From the NCBI GenBank assembly GCA_963803435.1, contig CAWDML010000009.1, forward strand, positions 288,001 through 352,000: a DNA stretch of 64,000 bases, given 5' to 3'. Position numbers and translations under genes: made by a program. Positions 51,115-60,307 of the stretch are shown piece by piece. This DNA comes from an uncultured delta proteobacterium (GTDB lineage: Bacteria; Myxococcota; Kuafuiibacteriia; Kuafuiibacteriales; Kuafuiibacteriaceae). The notes beneath the pieces are model-generated. The model was given only the letters and a program-made list of their open reading frames with translations, had not been told where the DNA came from and searched no databases. Position 1 is the stretch's first letter. Each line of letters begins with the position of its first letter.

Positions 51115-51143
51115 TTGACAGCCGGGCTGTGAATCTTTTCTAT
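51115..51143 (+). promoter_or_regulatory. Putative promoter of the tRNA-Gln-prs operon
   Basis: Perfect TTGACA at 51115-51120, 17-nt spacer, weak -10 TTCTAT. Confidence 0.4.
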
Positions 51144-51172
51144 CGCGGCATGACCGCACGCGGTCAGAACTT

Positions 51173-51244
51173 TGGGGTGTCGCCAAGTGGTAAGGCTTCG
51201 GTCTTTGAAGCCGACAATCGCAGGTTCGAATCCTGCCACCCCAA
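51173..51244 (+). tRNA. tRNA-Gln (anticodon TTG)
   Basis: Acceptor stem TGGGGTG/CACCCCA; D-arm GCCAAGTGGTAAGGC; anticodon arm TCGGT-CT TTG AA-GCCGA; T-arm GCAGG-TTCGAAT-CCTGC; CCA not encoded; canonical position upstream of prs. Confidence 0.96.
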
Positions 51245-51256
51245 TCGAGCAAACCC

Positions 51257-52201
51257 GTGGTTGGCAACGTTCTGAAGATTTTCGCCGCTAACAGCAACCG
51301 CGTGCTCGCTGAGGACGTGGTGCGCAAGCTCGACGTGCCGATCGGACGCGCGAACGTCAACCGTTTCTCGGACGGCGAGATCAACGTGACGATCGGTGAG
51401 AACGTCCGGTCCTCAGACGTCTTCGTGATCCAATCGACGTGCGCGCCGGCCAACGAGAACCTGATGGAGCTCCTGATCATGCTGGACGCGCTCAAGCGCG
51501 CCTCGGCGGAGCACATCTGCGCGGTGATCCCGTACTACGGGTACGCGAGGCAGGATCGCAAGGTCGCGCCCCGGACGCCCATCAGCGCCAAGCTCGTGGC
51601 AGACTTGATCGCGACCGCGGGCGCCACCCGGGTCCTGTCGATCGACATGCACGCCGGGCAGATCCAGGGCTTCTTCAACATCCCCTTCGATCACCTCTAC
51701 GCCAAGCCGATCCTGCTCGATCACATGCGCGAGCACTTCGACCACAACGCGGTCATCGTCAGCCCGGACGCCGGCGGCGTCGAGCGGGCGCGCTCCTACG
51801 GCAAGCGCCTCAACTGCGCGATCGGCATGATCGACAAGCGGCGCCCGCAGCCCAACGAGGCCAAGGTCATGAATGTGATCGGCGAGGTCGAAGGCCGCGA
51901 CGTCGTGATCCTCGACGACATGATCGACACGGCCGGCACCCTCACCGCCGCCGCCAGCGCGCTCAAGGAGCGGGGCGCCAAGAAGATCTTCGCGTACGCC
52001 ACGCACCCCGTGTTCTCCGGGCCGGCGCTCGACCGCATCCAGGAGAGCGCGATCGATCGCGTCATCGTCACCAACACCATCCCGCTTTCACCCGCCGGCA
52101 AGGAGTCCACCAAGATCCAGCAGATCTCGATCGCCCCGCTGATCGCCGAGGCGATCCGCCGGATCCACCACGGCGACTCCGTGTCGAGCCTGTTCGTGTG
52201 A
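51257..52201 (+). CDS. prs: Ribose-phosphate pyrophosphokinase
   Basis: FSDGEI, PYYGYARQDRK, DMHAGQIQGFF, VSPDAGGVERA, DDMIDTAGT. Confidence 0.97.
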   Translation: MVGNVLKIFAANSNRVLAEDVVRKLDVPIGRANVNRFSDGEINVTIGENVRSSDVFVIQSTCAPANENLMELLIMLDALKRASAEHICAVIPYYGYARQDRKVAPRTPISAKLVADLIATAGATRVLSIDMHAGQIQGFFNIPFDHLYAKPILLDHMREHFDHNAVIVSPDAGGVERARSYGKRLNCAIGMIDKRRPQPNEAKVMNVIGEVEGRDVVILDDMIDTAGTLTAAASALKERGAKKIFAYATHPVFSGPALDRIQESAIDRVIVTNTIPLSPAGKESTKIQQISIAPLIAEAIRRIHHGDSVSSLFV

Positions 52202-52833
52202 GCGCGCGCCGGATCGTCACCTTCTGCCTGCTCGCCTCGGCGCTCGCCTGTCGCGGCAAGACGGGCGAGCAGGGCAACCCGGGGCCGCAGGGCGATCCGG
52301 GTCCCACCGGACCGGCCGGCGCGACCGGACCGCAAGGCATCCCGGGACCCTCGGGGCGCGACGGCGCCGACGGCATCGAGGGCGGCACGCCCTTCCTCCT
52401 CACCAACCCCTTCTCGGCGCTGCTCCAGTACGGCGACGGCCCGGCGGTGGTGGAGATCGGCGAGCAGCAGGTGGTGGGTCCGGACGACGGCACGCTGATG
52501 GTGCGGGCGCATTTCTCGGGGACCGTCGCCAAGCGGGACGGCGCCACGCTCTGCCGCGTGCGCGTGGGCATCCGCCAGGATCAGATGGTGGCGCAGCTCG
52601 CCAGCCAGAGCCTCGGCATCACCGACGGCCCGGTGGCCGGCCGCCTCGAGGTCAGCGTCGCCGCCACCCTCGTCACCCAGGTCGCGGTGGCCGAGGGTCA
52701 GCCCGTCCTGCTCCGTCTCGAGATGCAGCGGCTCGACGAGACCTGCGCCGACGGCGCGGGCGCGACGCAGATCGCGCAGATCTTCGGGCAGCTCGACGTG
52801 CTCTTCTTCCGGGTGGGTCTGGTGGCCCAATAG
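52198..52833 (+). CDS. Collagen-like (Gly-X-Y) lipoprotein
   Basis: GTG overlaps the prs stop; lipobox ALAC; 15 consecutive GXY triplets (GKT...GGT); beta-rich C-terminal domain with two Cys. Confidence 0.85.
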   Translation: MSARRIVTFCLLASALACRGKTGEQGNPGPQGDPGPTGPAGATGPQGIPGPSGRDGADGIEGGTPFLLTNPFSALLQYGDGPAVVEIGEQQVVGPDDGTLMVRAHFSGTVAKRDGATLCRVRVGIRQDQMVAQLASQSLGITDGPVAGRLEVSVAATLVTQVAVAEGQPVLLRLEMQRLDETCADGAGATQIAQIFGQLDVLFFRVGLVAQ

Positions 52834-52847
52834 GCCTTGCTTTTGCG

Positions 52848-52876
52848 TTGACGACCTCGAAAGCGCGTGCTACCCG
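52848..52876 (+). promoter_or_regulatory. Putative promoter upstream of rplY
   Basis: TTGACG-N17-TACCCG with a TG extension. Confidence 0.35.
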
Positions 52877-52933
52877 CCCTCCCTCGTCCTGCCGATAAGC
52901 GGGCAGAACGACACGAAGAAAGCGTCGAGCGCC

Positions 52934-53593
52934 ATGGAACAGCAGGTCATCGAAGTCGAGCAACGCGGCCCCGGGAAGAAGGGGGCCGTTCGGAAGCTGC
53001 GGGCCTCCGGCAAGATCCCCGGAATTCTCTACGGCCACAAGGAGGCTCCGGTCCCGTTCGCGGTGAACCCACACGAGCTGAGGAAGAAGATCCGCGCCTC
53101 CGGCATGGGCCGGAACACGCTGTTCCGGGTGACGGGGCTCAGCCGGGACGTGACGGCGCTGCTCAAGGCAACGCAGGTCGATCCGGTTCGGCGCGATCTG
53201 CTCCATATCGACATGATCGAGGTGCGCGAAGGCGACTCGCTGCACGTCGACGTGCCGCTGATCTTCTCCGGCAAGCCGGAGGGTGTGACGGCCGGCGGCG
53301 AGCTCCACATCGTGCGGCGCACGCTCGAGGTCGAGACCAATCCACTCGCGATTCCCCGCTCGATCGAGGTCGACCTGACCCCGATCCAGCTGGGCCAGGC
53401 GCTCCACGCGTCTGATCTCACCCTTCCGGAGGGCGTCGTGTGCGTGAACCTCACGGTCGCGCTCGCCACGGTCCGCGCGCCGCGGGCCGAGGTTCTTCCG
53501 GGCGAGGGCGAGGGTGCCGTGCCCGCCGAGGGCGAGGCAGGGGCCGTTCCCGCGGAGGGCGCCGCGCCCGCCGAAGGTGCGGGCAAAGACTGA
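52934..53593 (+). CDS. rplY: 50S ribosomal protein L25/Ctc
   Basis: GK.A.RKLR..G.IPGILYG, Q.DPV...LLHID, GV..GG, IP..IEVD. Confidence 0.95.
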   Translation: MEQQVIEVEQRGPGKKGAVRKLRASGKIPGILYGHKEAPVPFAVNPHELRKKIRASGMGRNTLFRVTGLSRDVTALLKATQVDPVRRDLLHIDMIEVREGDSLHVDVPLIFSGKPEGVTAGGELHIVRRTLEVETNPLAIPRSIEVDLTPIQLGQALHASDLTLPEGVVCVNLTVALATVRAPRAEVLPGEGEGAVPAEGEAGAVPAEGAAPAEGAGKD

Positions 53594-53599
53594 GTGTCC

Positions 53600-54186
53600 A
53601 TGTTTCTCGTCGTCGGCCTCGGCAATCCAGAGGACGAGTACGAGGGAACGCGGCACAACGTCGGGTTCGAGGCCGTCGAGGTGCTCGCAAGGCGCTGCGG
53701 CGTGCGGTTCTCTGACAAGAAGTTCAAGGCGCGCATGGCCCGCGCCGAGATTGCGGGCCAGAGCTGTGTCCTGCTGAAGCCGCAGACGTACATGAACTTG
53801 TCGGGCGAATCGGTGGGACCGGCGATGGGCTTCTTCAAGCTGGCGACCGGCGACGTGATCGTGCTCCACGACGAGCTCGACATTCCGCTCGGACGCGTGA
53901 AGCTGAAGAAGGGCGGGGGCCACGGCGGGCACAACGGCTTGAGGAGCCTGAAGCAGCACCTTCCGGACGATGGATTCGTCCGGGTGCGCATCGGGATCGG
54001 ACGGCCGCCGCCGGCATGGGATTCCGGCGGACTACGTGCTGTCGCGCTTCTCCAAGTCGGAGCGAGGAGAAGCGGAGCGCGCCGTGGACGAAGCCGCGGA
54101 TGCGGTGGAGTCGAATCCTCCGGGATGGGCTCGACAAGGCGATGAATGTTTACAACCGGACGAAAGAAGCGCCCGGTGAAGAGTAG
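53600..54186 (+). CDS. pth: Peptidyl-tRNA hydrolase (two +1 frameshifts, at 54020-54024 and 54113-54117)
   Basis: VGLGNP..Y..TRHNVGF, KPQTYMNLSG, HDELD, GGHNGLRS. The repaired end reads DPADYVL.RF...AADAVESILRDGLDKAMNVYN. Confidence 0.93.
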
Positions 54187-54192
54187 GAAGTT

Positions 54193-54654
54193 ATGAGCGC
54201 TGCACTCGGAAAGCTCAGAGAATACGAAACGCTGGTCGTTCTGAACCCAGAGCTGGCCGACGACGCCGCCGGCCAGACGGTCGATCGGCTCAAGGAAGTC
54301 CTGGACAAGAAGAAGGCGACCCTCCTCCGCGAGGAGAAGTGGGGCAAGCGGAAGCTGAGCTTCGAGGTCCGCAAGCAGGCACGAGGCAACTACTTCCTGC
54401 TCCACTACGTCGCGCCCGTCGGCACCGTGGAAGAGGTCGAGCGCACCTGCCGCAACGTCGATCAGGTGATCCGCTTCCTGACCACGCTGAACGGCGACGT
54501 CACCGACATCGAGGCCAAGAAGGCCGAGGTCGAGAAGATGATGGCCAAGCGCGCCGCGGAGCGGAAAGAGGCGACCCCCGAGGTCACCGAGGAGCGCGCC
54601 AACGAGGACGACGAGCCGGCTGAGCCGGCGGTCGAGGAAGGTGATCAGCCATGA
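54193..54654 (+). CDS. rpsF: 30S ribosomal protein S6
   Basis: REYETL...P.L, WGKRKL.FE..K...GNY, VIRFL; acidic tail. Confidence 0.93.
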   Translation: MSAALGKLREYETLVVLNPELADDAAGQTVDRLKEVLDKKKATLLREEKWGKRKLSFEVRKQARGNYFLLHYVAPVGTVEEVERTCRNVDQVIRFLTTLNGDVTDIEAKKAEVEKMMAKRAAERKEATPEVTEERANEDDEPAEPAVEEGDQP

Positions 54655-55340
54655 TGAGGATCATTCTTCACGAGGACGTGCCGAACCTGGGCGTCGTCGG
54701 CGACCTGGTGTCGGTCCGCGACGGCTACGCGCGGAACTTCCTCATCCCGCAGGGCAAGGCAGCCTTCGCGTCGGTCAAGTCGATCCGCGAGCTCGATCAT
54801 CAGAAGCGACTGGCCGCGCACAACCGCAAGAAGGCGACCGCCGCCGCCAGCGTGGCCAAGGACCGGATCGAGGCCCTCTCGGTGGTGATGCACGCGAAGG
54901 TGGCCCCGCCGCCGCTCGGCGAGGACGGGCTCCCGGTGCAGGAGATCCTGCCGCGCCTCTTCGGCTCGATCACGAACCGCGACATCACCCGGGTCCTCAA
55001 GGACACCGGGATCGACGTGGGCGGACACCGCCGCATCGTCATCAGCGAGCACATCCGGACCATCGGAAAGTTCTCGGCCGCGGTGCGCCTCGACGGCGGC
55101 ATCGTGGCGACGCTCCCGTTCTGGGTGATCCCGGAGGGTGCCACCGACATCGAGGCGGAGAAGCGCCGCGCCGAGGAAGCCCAGGTCAACGCCCGCGAAG
55201 AAGAGAAGCGTCTCCTCGCCGAGGAGCAGGCGAAGCACGCCGCCCTCGTCGCCGAGGTCGAGGCCGCCAACAAGGCCCGCGCCGAGGCCGCCGCCGCCGC
55301 CTTCGGTCTCACGCCGACCGAAGAAGAGCCCGAAGAATAA
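54651..55340 (+). CDS. rplI: 50S ribosomal protein L9 (extended)
   Basis: IL.EDV.NLG..GD.V.V.DGYARNFLIP, LFGSIT..DI, IRTIG; 229 aa. Confidence 0.93.
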   Translation: MMRIILHEDVPNLGVVGDLVSVRDGYARNFLIPQGKAAFASVKSIRELDHQKRLAAHNRKKATAAASVAKDRIEALSVVMHAKVAPPPLGEDGLPVQEILPRLFGSITNRDITRVLKDTGIDVGGHRRIVISEHIRTIGKFSAAVRLDGGIVATLPFWVIPEGATDIEAEKRRAEEAQVNAREEEKRLLAEEQAKHAALVAEVEAANKARAEAAAAAFGLTPTEEEPEE

Positions 55341-55463
55341 CGCCAGGGCTTCGCCCGCTCCGCAGCGTCGCAGCTTTCGTTCCGTCGGTCCTCCGTTCGC
55401 TATTCGGTTTCTCCCGCCGAGTCGGCTTTGCCGGTCGGGACCCACGCTATACAGTCCGCCGCC

Positions 55464-56831
55464 ATGCAGGTCTCGCCGCCCCCGGTCGCCAGCAGCCCCA
55501 GGGGCCGGGTGCCGCCGCAAGATCTCGAGGCCGAGCGCGCCGTCCTCGGATCGATCCTCCTCGACAACGAGGCCGCCTATGTCGCCATCGAGCTGCTCCA
55601 GGCCGACGACTTCTATCGCCCCGCGCACGCGCAGGTCTTCACGGCCGTCGTCGAGCTCACGACCCGGAGCGAACCGATCGACGTGGTGACGCTGTCGAGC
55701 GCGCTCTCCGCTAAGGGTCAGCTCGAAGGGATCGGCGGTCTGGCGGCGCTGGTCGGCCTCTCGGAGTCCGTCCCCACGTCCGCGAACATCAAGCACTACG
55801 GCGAGCTGGTGCGGAAGAAGGCGATGCTTCGGCGGCTGATCGCCGCCGCCACGCAGATCGTCCGCGATGCGTACGACTCTCCCAACCCGGAGGAACAGGT
55901 CGACGTCGCGGAGAAGATGATCTTCGACATCGCCAAGGACAAGGCGCGCCAGGGCATCACGCCCATCTCCGAGATCGTGGCGACGGCCTTCAAGCTGATC
56001 GAGAAGCTGGCGGAGGAGAAGCGCGCCATCACCGGCGTCGGGACCGGGATCTTCGGGCTCGACAAGCTCACGGCCGGGCTCCAGCCCTCGGACCTGATCA
56101 TCGTGGCCGGTCGTCCCTCCATGGGAAAGACCGCGTTCTCGCTGGGGATCGCGCTCCACGCCGCCACCTCCGCCGGCGCCAAGGTCGGCGCTCTTCTCGC
56201 TGGAGATGTCGAAGGAGAGCCTGGTCCAGCGCATGCTCTGCAGCGACGGGCGCATCGACTCGGCCCGCCTGCGCGGCGGCTTCCTGAACGAGGAGGACTG
56301 GCCCAAGCTCGCCCGCGCCGCGGGTCGCCTCTCGGAGGCGCCGGTCTGGATCGACGACAGCGGCTCGATCTCCGTGCTCGAGGTCCGGGCCAAGTGCCGG
56401 CGGCTCGCGGCCGAGCAAGGCCTCGACCTGGTGATGATCGACTACCTCCAGCTCATGCGCGGCAGCCCGAACACCCAGAGCCGCGAGCAGGAGATCTCGC
56501 GAGATCTCGCGTGGGCTCAAGGCGCTGGCCAAGGAGCTGCGGGTCCCGGTGGTCGCGCTCTCGCCAGCTGAACCGCAGCGTCGAGCAGCGCGTCGACAAG
56601 CGCCCGGTGCTGGCGGACCTGCGCGAGTCGGGCGCCATCGAGCAGGACGCCGACGTGATCATGTTCGTCTACCGCGACGAGGTCTACCACCCCGAGACCG
56701 AGGACCGCGGGATCGCCGAGATCATCATCGGTAAGCAGCGCAACGGCCCCATCGGCACCGTGCGGTGCCGCTTCTTCCACGAGTACACGCGCTTCGATAA
56801 TCTCCTCGACGATGAGCGCGGCGGTCGCTGA
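55464..56831 (+). CDS. dnaB: Replicative DNA helicase (three compensating +1 insertions between ~56188 and ~56565)
   Basis: [15 protein letters not shown]...[10 protein letters not shown]. The middle section is in shifted frames (FSLEMS, IDYLQL, EISRGLK.LAKEL). Then [24 protein letters not shown]. Confidence 0.93.
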   Translation: MQVSPPPVASSPRGRVPPQDLEAERAVLGSILLDNEAAYVAIELLQADDFYRPAHAQVFTAVVELTTRSEPIDVVTLSSALSAKGQLEGIGGLAALVGLSESVPTSANIKHYGELVRKKAMLRRLIAAATQIVRDAYDSPNPEEQVDVAEKMIFDIAKDKARQGITPISEIVATAFKLIEKLAEEKRAITGVGTGIFGLDKLTAGLQPSDLIIVAGRPSMGKTAFSLGIALHAATSAGAKVGALLAGDVEGEPGPAHALQRRAHRLGPPARRLPERGGLAQARPRRGSPLGGAGLDRRQRLDLRARGPGQVPAARGRARPRPGDDRLPPAHARQPEHPEPRAGDLARSRVGSRRWPRSCGSRWSRSRQLNRSVEQRVDKRPVLADLRESGAIEQDADVIMFVYRDEVYHPETEDRGIAEIIIGKQRNGPIGTVRCRFFHEYTRFDNLLDDERGGR

Positions 56832-57072
56832 TTGGTACGTCTATCTGCTCGAGTGCAGCGACGGCACCCTCTACTGCGGCGTGGCCAAGGACGTGGACGC
56901 GCGGCTCGACGTCCACAACGAAGGTAAGGGCGCCAAGTACACTCGCGCCCGGTTACCCGTGACGCTGATCGCGCGGAGCGCCGCCCTCCCCAAGCCGGAC
57001 GCCTTCCGGATGGAGCGCCGGGTGAAGCGGATGCGCCGGGACCGAAAGCTCGGCGCGTTCCAGGCCGGCTGA
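56812..57072 (+). CDS. GIY-YIG nuclease family protein (UPF0213/YhbQ-like)
   Basis: [34 protein letters not shown]. Confidence 0.88.
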   Translation: MSAAVADWYVYLLECSDGTLYCGVAKDVDARLDVHNEGKGAKYTRARLPVTLIARSAALPKPDAFRMERRVKRMRRDRKLGAFQAG

Positions 57073-57118
57073 CACGCGACCGATGGTCACCGGGGCGCGA
57101 CCGTCCTAGGCAGAACGG

Positions 57119-57784
57119 ATGAGGCTCTACTTTGGGGCGCTCGCGGCGCTGTGCCTGAGCACGACCGCGAGTGCACAGAGACCGCGGCTCACGCCGGCCG
57201 AGATCGCCAAGGACGCCATCCCGTCGGTGGTCCTGATCCGATCGTCGACGTCGCTCGGCAGCGGGTTCGTGGTGAAGAGCGACGGCCTGATCGCGACGAA
57301 CCACCACGTCCTCTACGGCGCGAGCGAAGCCGTGGTGGTCCTGTCGGACGGCAAGGAGCTGTCCGACGTCTCGGTGGTGGCGATCGATGAGGCCCACGAT
57401 CTGGTGCTGATCCGCGTCCCGGCCCGGGGCCTGCGCGCGCTCCCGCTCGCCGACATCAAGCAGATCGAGGCGGGCGAGCGGGTGGTGGCGATCGGACATC
57501 CGCTCGGCCTCGGCAACACCATCACCGACGGCCTGGTGAGCGCAGTTCGCACCGTCTCGCCGGATCTGACGCTGCTCCAGATCTCGGCGCCGATCTCCTC
57601 GGGCTCCTCGGGAGGGCCGCTGATCGACGAGTCCGGCCGCGTGATCGGCGTGTCGACGCTCTACAGCATCAAGGGCCAGAACCTGAACTTCGGCGTCCCG
57701 GTCGACTATCTCCAGCGCCTGATGGCCGGCAAGGCGTCGCCCACGCCCCTCGCCAAGTACGAGTGGGCGTCTGCCCCGGCGTGA
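57119..57784 (+). CDS. Trypsin-like (S1C/HtrA-type) serine protease without PDZ
   Basis: Signal peptide; GSGF, ATNHHV, HDLVL, IGHPLGL, ISSGSSGGPL. Confidence 0.9.
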   Translation: MRLYFGALAALCLSTTASAQRPRLTPAEIAKDAIPSVVLIRSSTSLGSGFVVKSDGLIATNHHVLYGASEAVVVLSDGKELSDVSVVAIDEAHDLVLIRVPARGLRALPLADIKQIEAGERVVAIGHPLGLGNTITDGLVSAVRTVSPDLTLLQISAPISSGSSGGPLIDESGRVIGVSTLYSIKGQNLNFGVPVDYLQRLMAGKASPTPLAKYEWASAPA

Positions 57785-58464
57785 TCGAGCGGGCCGTTCC
57801 GCATCACGAGGAGGCGATGCTCGCCGGCTGCACGGCGAACGATCTGGAGCGGATCGTCCGCGGGATCACCGGCGCGATCGAGGTCGGAGCGCCGCTCTAC
57901 AACGACGGCCAGCACGAGGCCTGCTTCCGCATCTATCAGGGCGCGGCCCTCGACCTTCAGAAGCAGCTGGGCGCATGCGAGGGCGGGAAGAAGGCCCTGG
58001 CCGACGGCGTGGCGCGCGCGGCCAAGGCCGATAGCTACGACGCGAAGGCGTGGGCGATGCGCGACGCCTTCGACGGCCTGCTCGACGTGGTGGCGCGCAA
58101 GAGCGCAGGCGGAGGCGCCGTCGGGGGAAGGCGTCGCGACGTGCCCCACCACGAGCTGTCGCTCTTGAACGGCTGCTCGCACGAAGACATGGCGGTGGTG
58201 GAGGACGCGATCGGCTCGGCGATCGACGTGGGCGCGCCGCTGTACAACCAGGGCAACATCGAGGCCTGCTTTCGCGTGTACGAGGGCGCGATCCTGAACC
58301 TGCTGCGAAGCGAGCACAAAGGCTGTGCCGGGCCCAAGGATGCGCTGCGCCGCGGTCTCAAGCGCGCGGCCGCCGAGAAGACGTACGAGGACAAGGCGTG
58401 GGCGTTGCGCGACGCGTTCGACGGCGTGCTGGACGTGATCGGGCGGAAGGTCGGTCGCCCTTGA
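57781..58464 (+). CDS. Protein of two tandem ~105-aa helical repeats (possibly the C-terminus of the upstream protease)
   Basis: GTGA overlap with the protease stop. Each repeat reads VPHHE..L.GC...AI.VGAPLYN.G..EACFR.Y.GA...C.G.K.AL..G..RA....Y..KAWA.RDAFDG.LDV..RK. Confidence 0.75.
   Translation: MIERAVPHHEEAMLAGCTANDLERIVRGITGAIEVGAPLYNDGQHEACFRIYQGAALDLQKQLGACEGGKKALADGVARAAKADSYDAKAWAMRDAFDGLLDVVARKSAGGGAVGGRRRDVPHHELSLLNGCSHEDMAVVEDAIGSAIDVGAPLYNQGNIEACFRVYEGAILNLLRSEHKGCAGPKDALRRGLKRAAAEKTYEDKAWALRDAFDGVLDVIGRKVGRP
57790..58449 (+). repeat. Internal duplication (57790-58101 and 58135-58449)
   Basis: Two clearly alignable protein repeats separated by a Gly-rich linker. Confidence 0.85.
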
Positions 58465-58501
58465 CCGATCGCCCGCTTCCATCGGACATCGTCGATACAC
58501 G

Positions 58502-58783
58502 ATGGCGACGAAGAAGCGGGTGGACGAGGAGCTGAGCCTGTTCTGCAAGGCGCTGGGCCATCCGATCCGCGTCGAGATCGTTCGCATCCTCGATCGCAGG
58601 CGCGAGTGCATCTGTGGCGACCTGGTCGACGAGCTCCCGGTGGCGCAGTCCACCGTGTCGCAGCACCTCAAGGTTCTCAAGCGCGCGGGCCTGGTGGTGG
58701 GTGACGTCGAGGGACCGCGACGGGGCTACTACCTCAACCGCGAGGCCCTCGAGCGGCTGAAGGCGCTCATCGCGGCGCTCTGA
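58502..58783 (+). CDS. ArsR/SmtB family transcriptional regulator
   Basis: KALGHP.R..I, CICGDL, QSTVSQHLK.LK.AGLV. Confidence 0.92.
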   Translation: MATKKRVDEELSLFCKALGHPIRVEIVRILDRRRECICGDLVDELPVAQSTVSQHLKVLKRAGLVVGDVEGPRRGYYLNREALERLKALIAAL

Positions 58784-58837
58784 GGGATTTGACGCGATCG
58801 CCGAGTCGGGCCATCGTCGCGATCGAGAGAGCGTCGG

Positions 58838-60307
58838 ATGGGCTTCACCATCAAGTCCCGCCTCGGTCGCGGGCGAAGCGTGGAGAGCTTCGCGGCGACC
58901 CTCGATGTCGATGGAGACCGCTTCGACGTGGTCGTCAAGCGTCCCCGCTCCGAGCTCAAGAACAATGCCGCCTTCGCCGAAGCGCTGCTCGCCTGGGGCG
59001 CGAGCCAGCGCGACATCGACCAGGAGAATGTGGTGGCGGTGCTCGAGGTCGGTCGCACCGAGGAGGGCCCGTACGTGCTCCAGGAGTGGGTCGAGGGCGC
59101 ACCGCTCTCGGCCGCGATCCAGGCGCTGCGCCGCCGCAAGCGCACGCTGATGCCGAGCCTCGCCCTCGCCCTCGCCGAGCAGGCGGCCGCCGGACTTACC
59201 CATCTCCATCGCAAGGGCATCATCCACGGCGGCCTCGACACCGGCGAGGTCCTCCTCTCCTACGCGGGTGAGGCGAAGATCGGTGACCAGCGGCTCAGGA
59301 CCCTCGATCGATATCTCGGCGCCGATCTGATCCCGGACGATGCGGATCTCTACCGAGCGCCCGAGGTGCGCGATGCCTCCGACGCGACCGAGCCCGGCGA
59401 CGTCTATGCCCTGGGGCTGATCACGCTCGAGCTCCTGATCGGGACGGCGGTCTGGGCCGCCGACTCCATGACGATCGACGGCTCGATCGCGGCGCTCAAG
59501 GACTTCACGCACGTCGGTCAGGCGCAACCTGCGTTGACGGAGGATCTGGTCGCGCTCCTCCGCGCCTGTCTGGCCGAGCGACCCGCCGAGCGCGCCACCG
59601 CCCGGCGCGCGCTCGAGCAGATCAAGGCGGTGGTGGCGAAGCACCGGATCCACGTGGAGCGGCAGGCGCTGGGCGACTTCCTGAAGGCGCTGATCCCACC
59701 GCCCGAGGCCGCCGAGGCGCCCACGATGATGGTGGATCCGGAGACCGCCGAGCAGATCGCGGCGCAGCACTCGGCGCGCGTGGCCCGCTTCGAGGGGTTG
59801 TCGGTCCCGCTCGATCCGGACCTGGAGCGGAAGGCGCTCACCCGCGCCGTGCGGCCCGTGTCGGTGCCGCCGGAGCTCCCGCCGGCCCCGCTGCCCAAGC
59901 CCGACTTCTCGGCGCCCTCGGTGGCGCGGTCGAGGGCCGTCAGCGTCCCGAACGTGGCGAAGGTCGCGGTCCGGGCGGCCTCCGAGTTCGATCGCAGCGT
60001 CGGTCGCAACCTGCGCCTGGCCGCCGCCGCCGTGGGCGGTCTGGTGCTGCTCCTGATCGCGATCGCGATGTTCCGCGGCGATCACAGCCGGTCCATCCGG
60101 CTCAGGGTGTCATCCGTGCCCGCCGGAGCGGATCTGTTCGTCGACGGCGTTGCGGTCGGCGCCACGCCGGTCAACCAGGATCTCGTCGTGGAGGGCCAGA
60201 CCGTCCAGCTCCGCTTCACGCTCGACGGTTATCGCGAGCACAAGGTCTCGATCGGCACGGACGCCGCCGAGCTCCGCTACGAGGCGCCGCTGGAAAAGGA
60301 CGAGTGA
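58838..60307 (+). CDS. Ser/Thr kinase-like (probable pseudokinase) with TM and PEGA domain
   Basis: VVKR, QEWVEG; HGGLDTGEV replaces HRDxKPxN and GDQR replaces DFG; YRAPE and DVYALG retained; TM; PEGA VSSVPAGA.LFVDG..VG.TP. Confidence 0.82.
   Translation: MGFTIKSRLGRGRSVESFAATLDVDGDRFDVVVKRPRSELKNNAAFAEALLAWGASQRDIDQENVVAVLEVGRTEEGPYVLQEWVEGAPLSAAIQALRRRKRTLMPSLALALAEQAAAGLTHLHRKGIIHGGLDTGEVLLSYAGEAKIGDQRLRTLDRYLGADLIPDDADLYRAPEVRDASDATEPGDVYALGLITLELLIGTAVWAADSMTIDGSIAALKDFTHVGQAQPALTEDLVALLRACLAERPAERATARRALEQIKAVVAKHRIHVERQALGDFLKALIPPPEAAEAPTMMVDPETAEQIAAQHSARVARFEGLSVPLDPDLERKALTRAVRPVSVPPELPPAPLPKPDFSAPSVARSRAVSVPNVAKVAVRAASEFDRSVGRNLRLAAAAVGGLVLLLIAIAMFRGDHSRSIRLRVSSVPAGADLFVDGVAVGATPVNQDLVVEGQTVQLRFTLDGYREHKVSIGTDAAELRYEAPLEKDE

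Noticed and set aside
55341-55463. Structured ncRNA or terminator between rplI and dnaB
   Set aside because: Only short hairpins (e.g. GGGC-TTC-GCCC) with no adjacent U-tract or recognisable family; insufficient support.
56180-56570. Intein or divergent segment in DnaB
   Set aside because: Three +1 insertions (near 56188, 56500 and 56564) shift and then restore the frame, and canonical motifs are present in the alternative frames. Likely sequencing error.
56812-57072. GIY-YIG as a homing endonuclease or mobile element
   Set aside because: Short stand-alone UPF0213-type protein with no intron, intein or flanking repeats.
58502-58783. Arsenic/metal resistance operon
   Set aside because: ArsR is orphan here; no arsB, acr3, arsC or arsM is adjacent.
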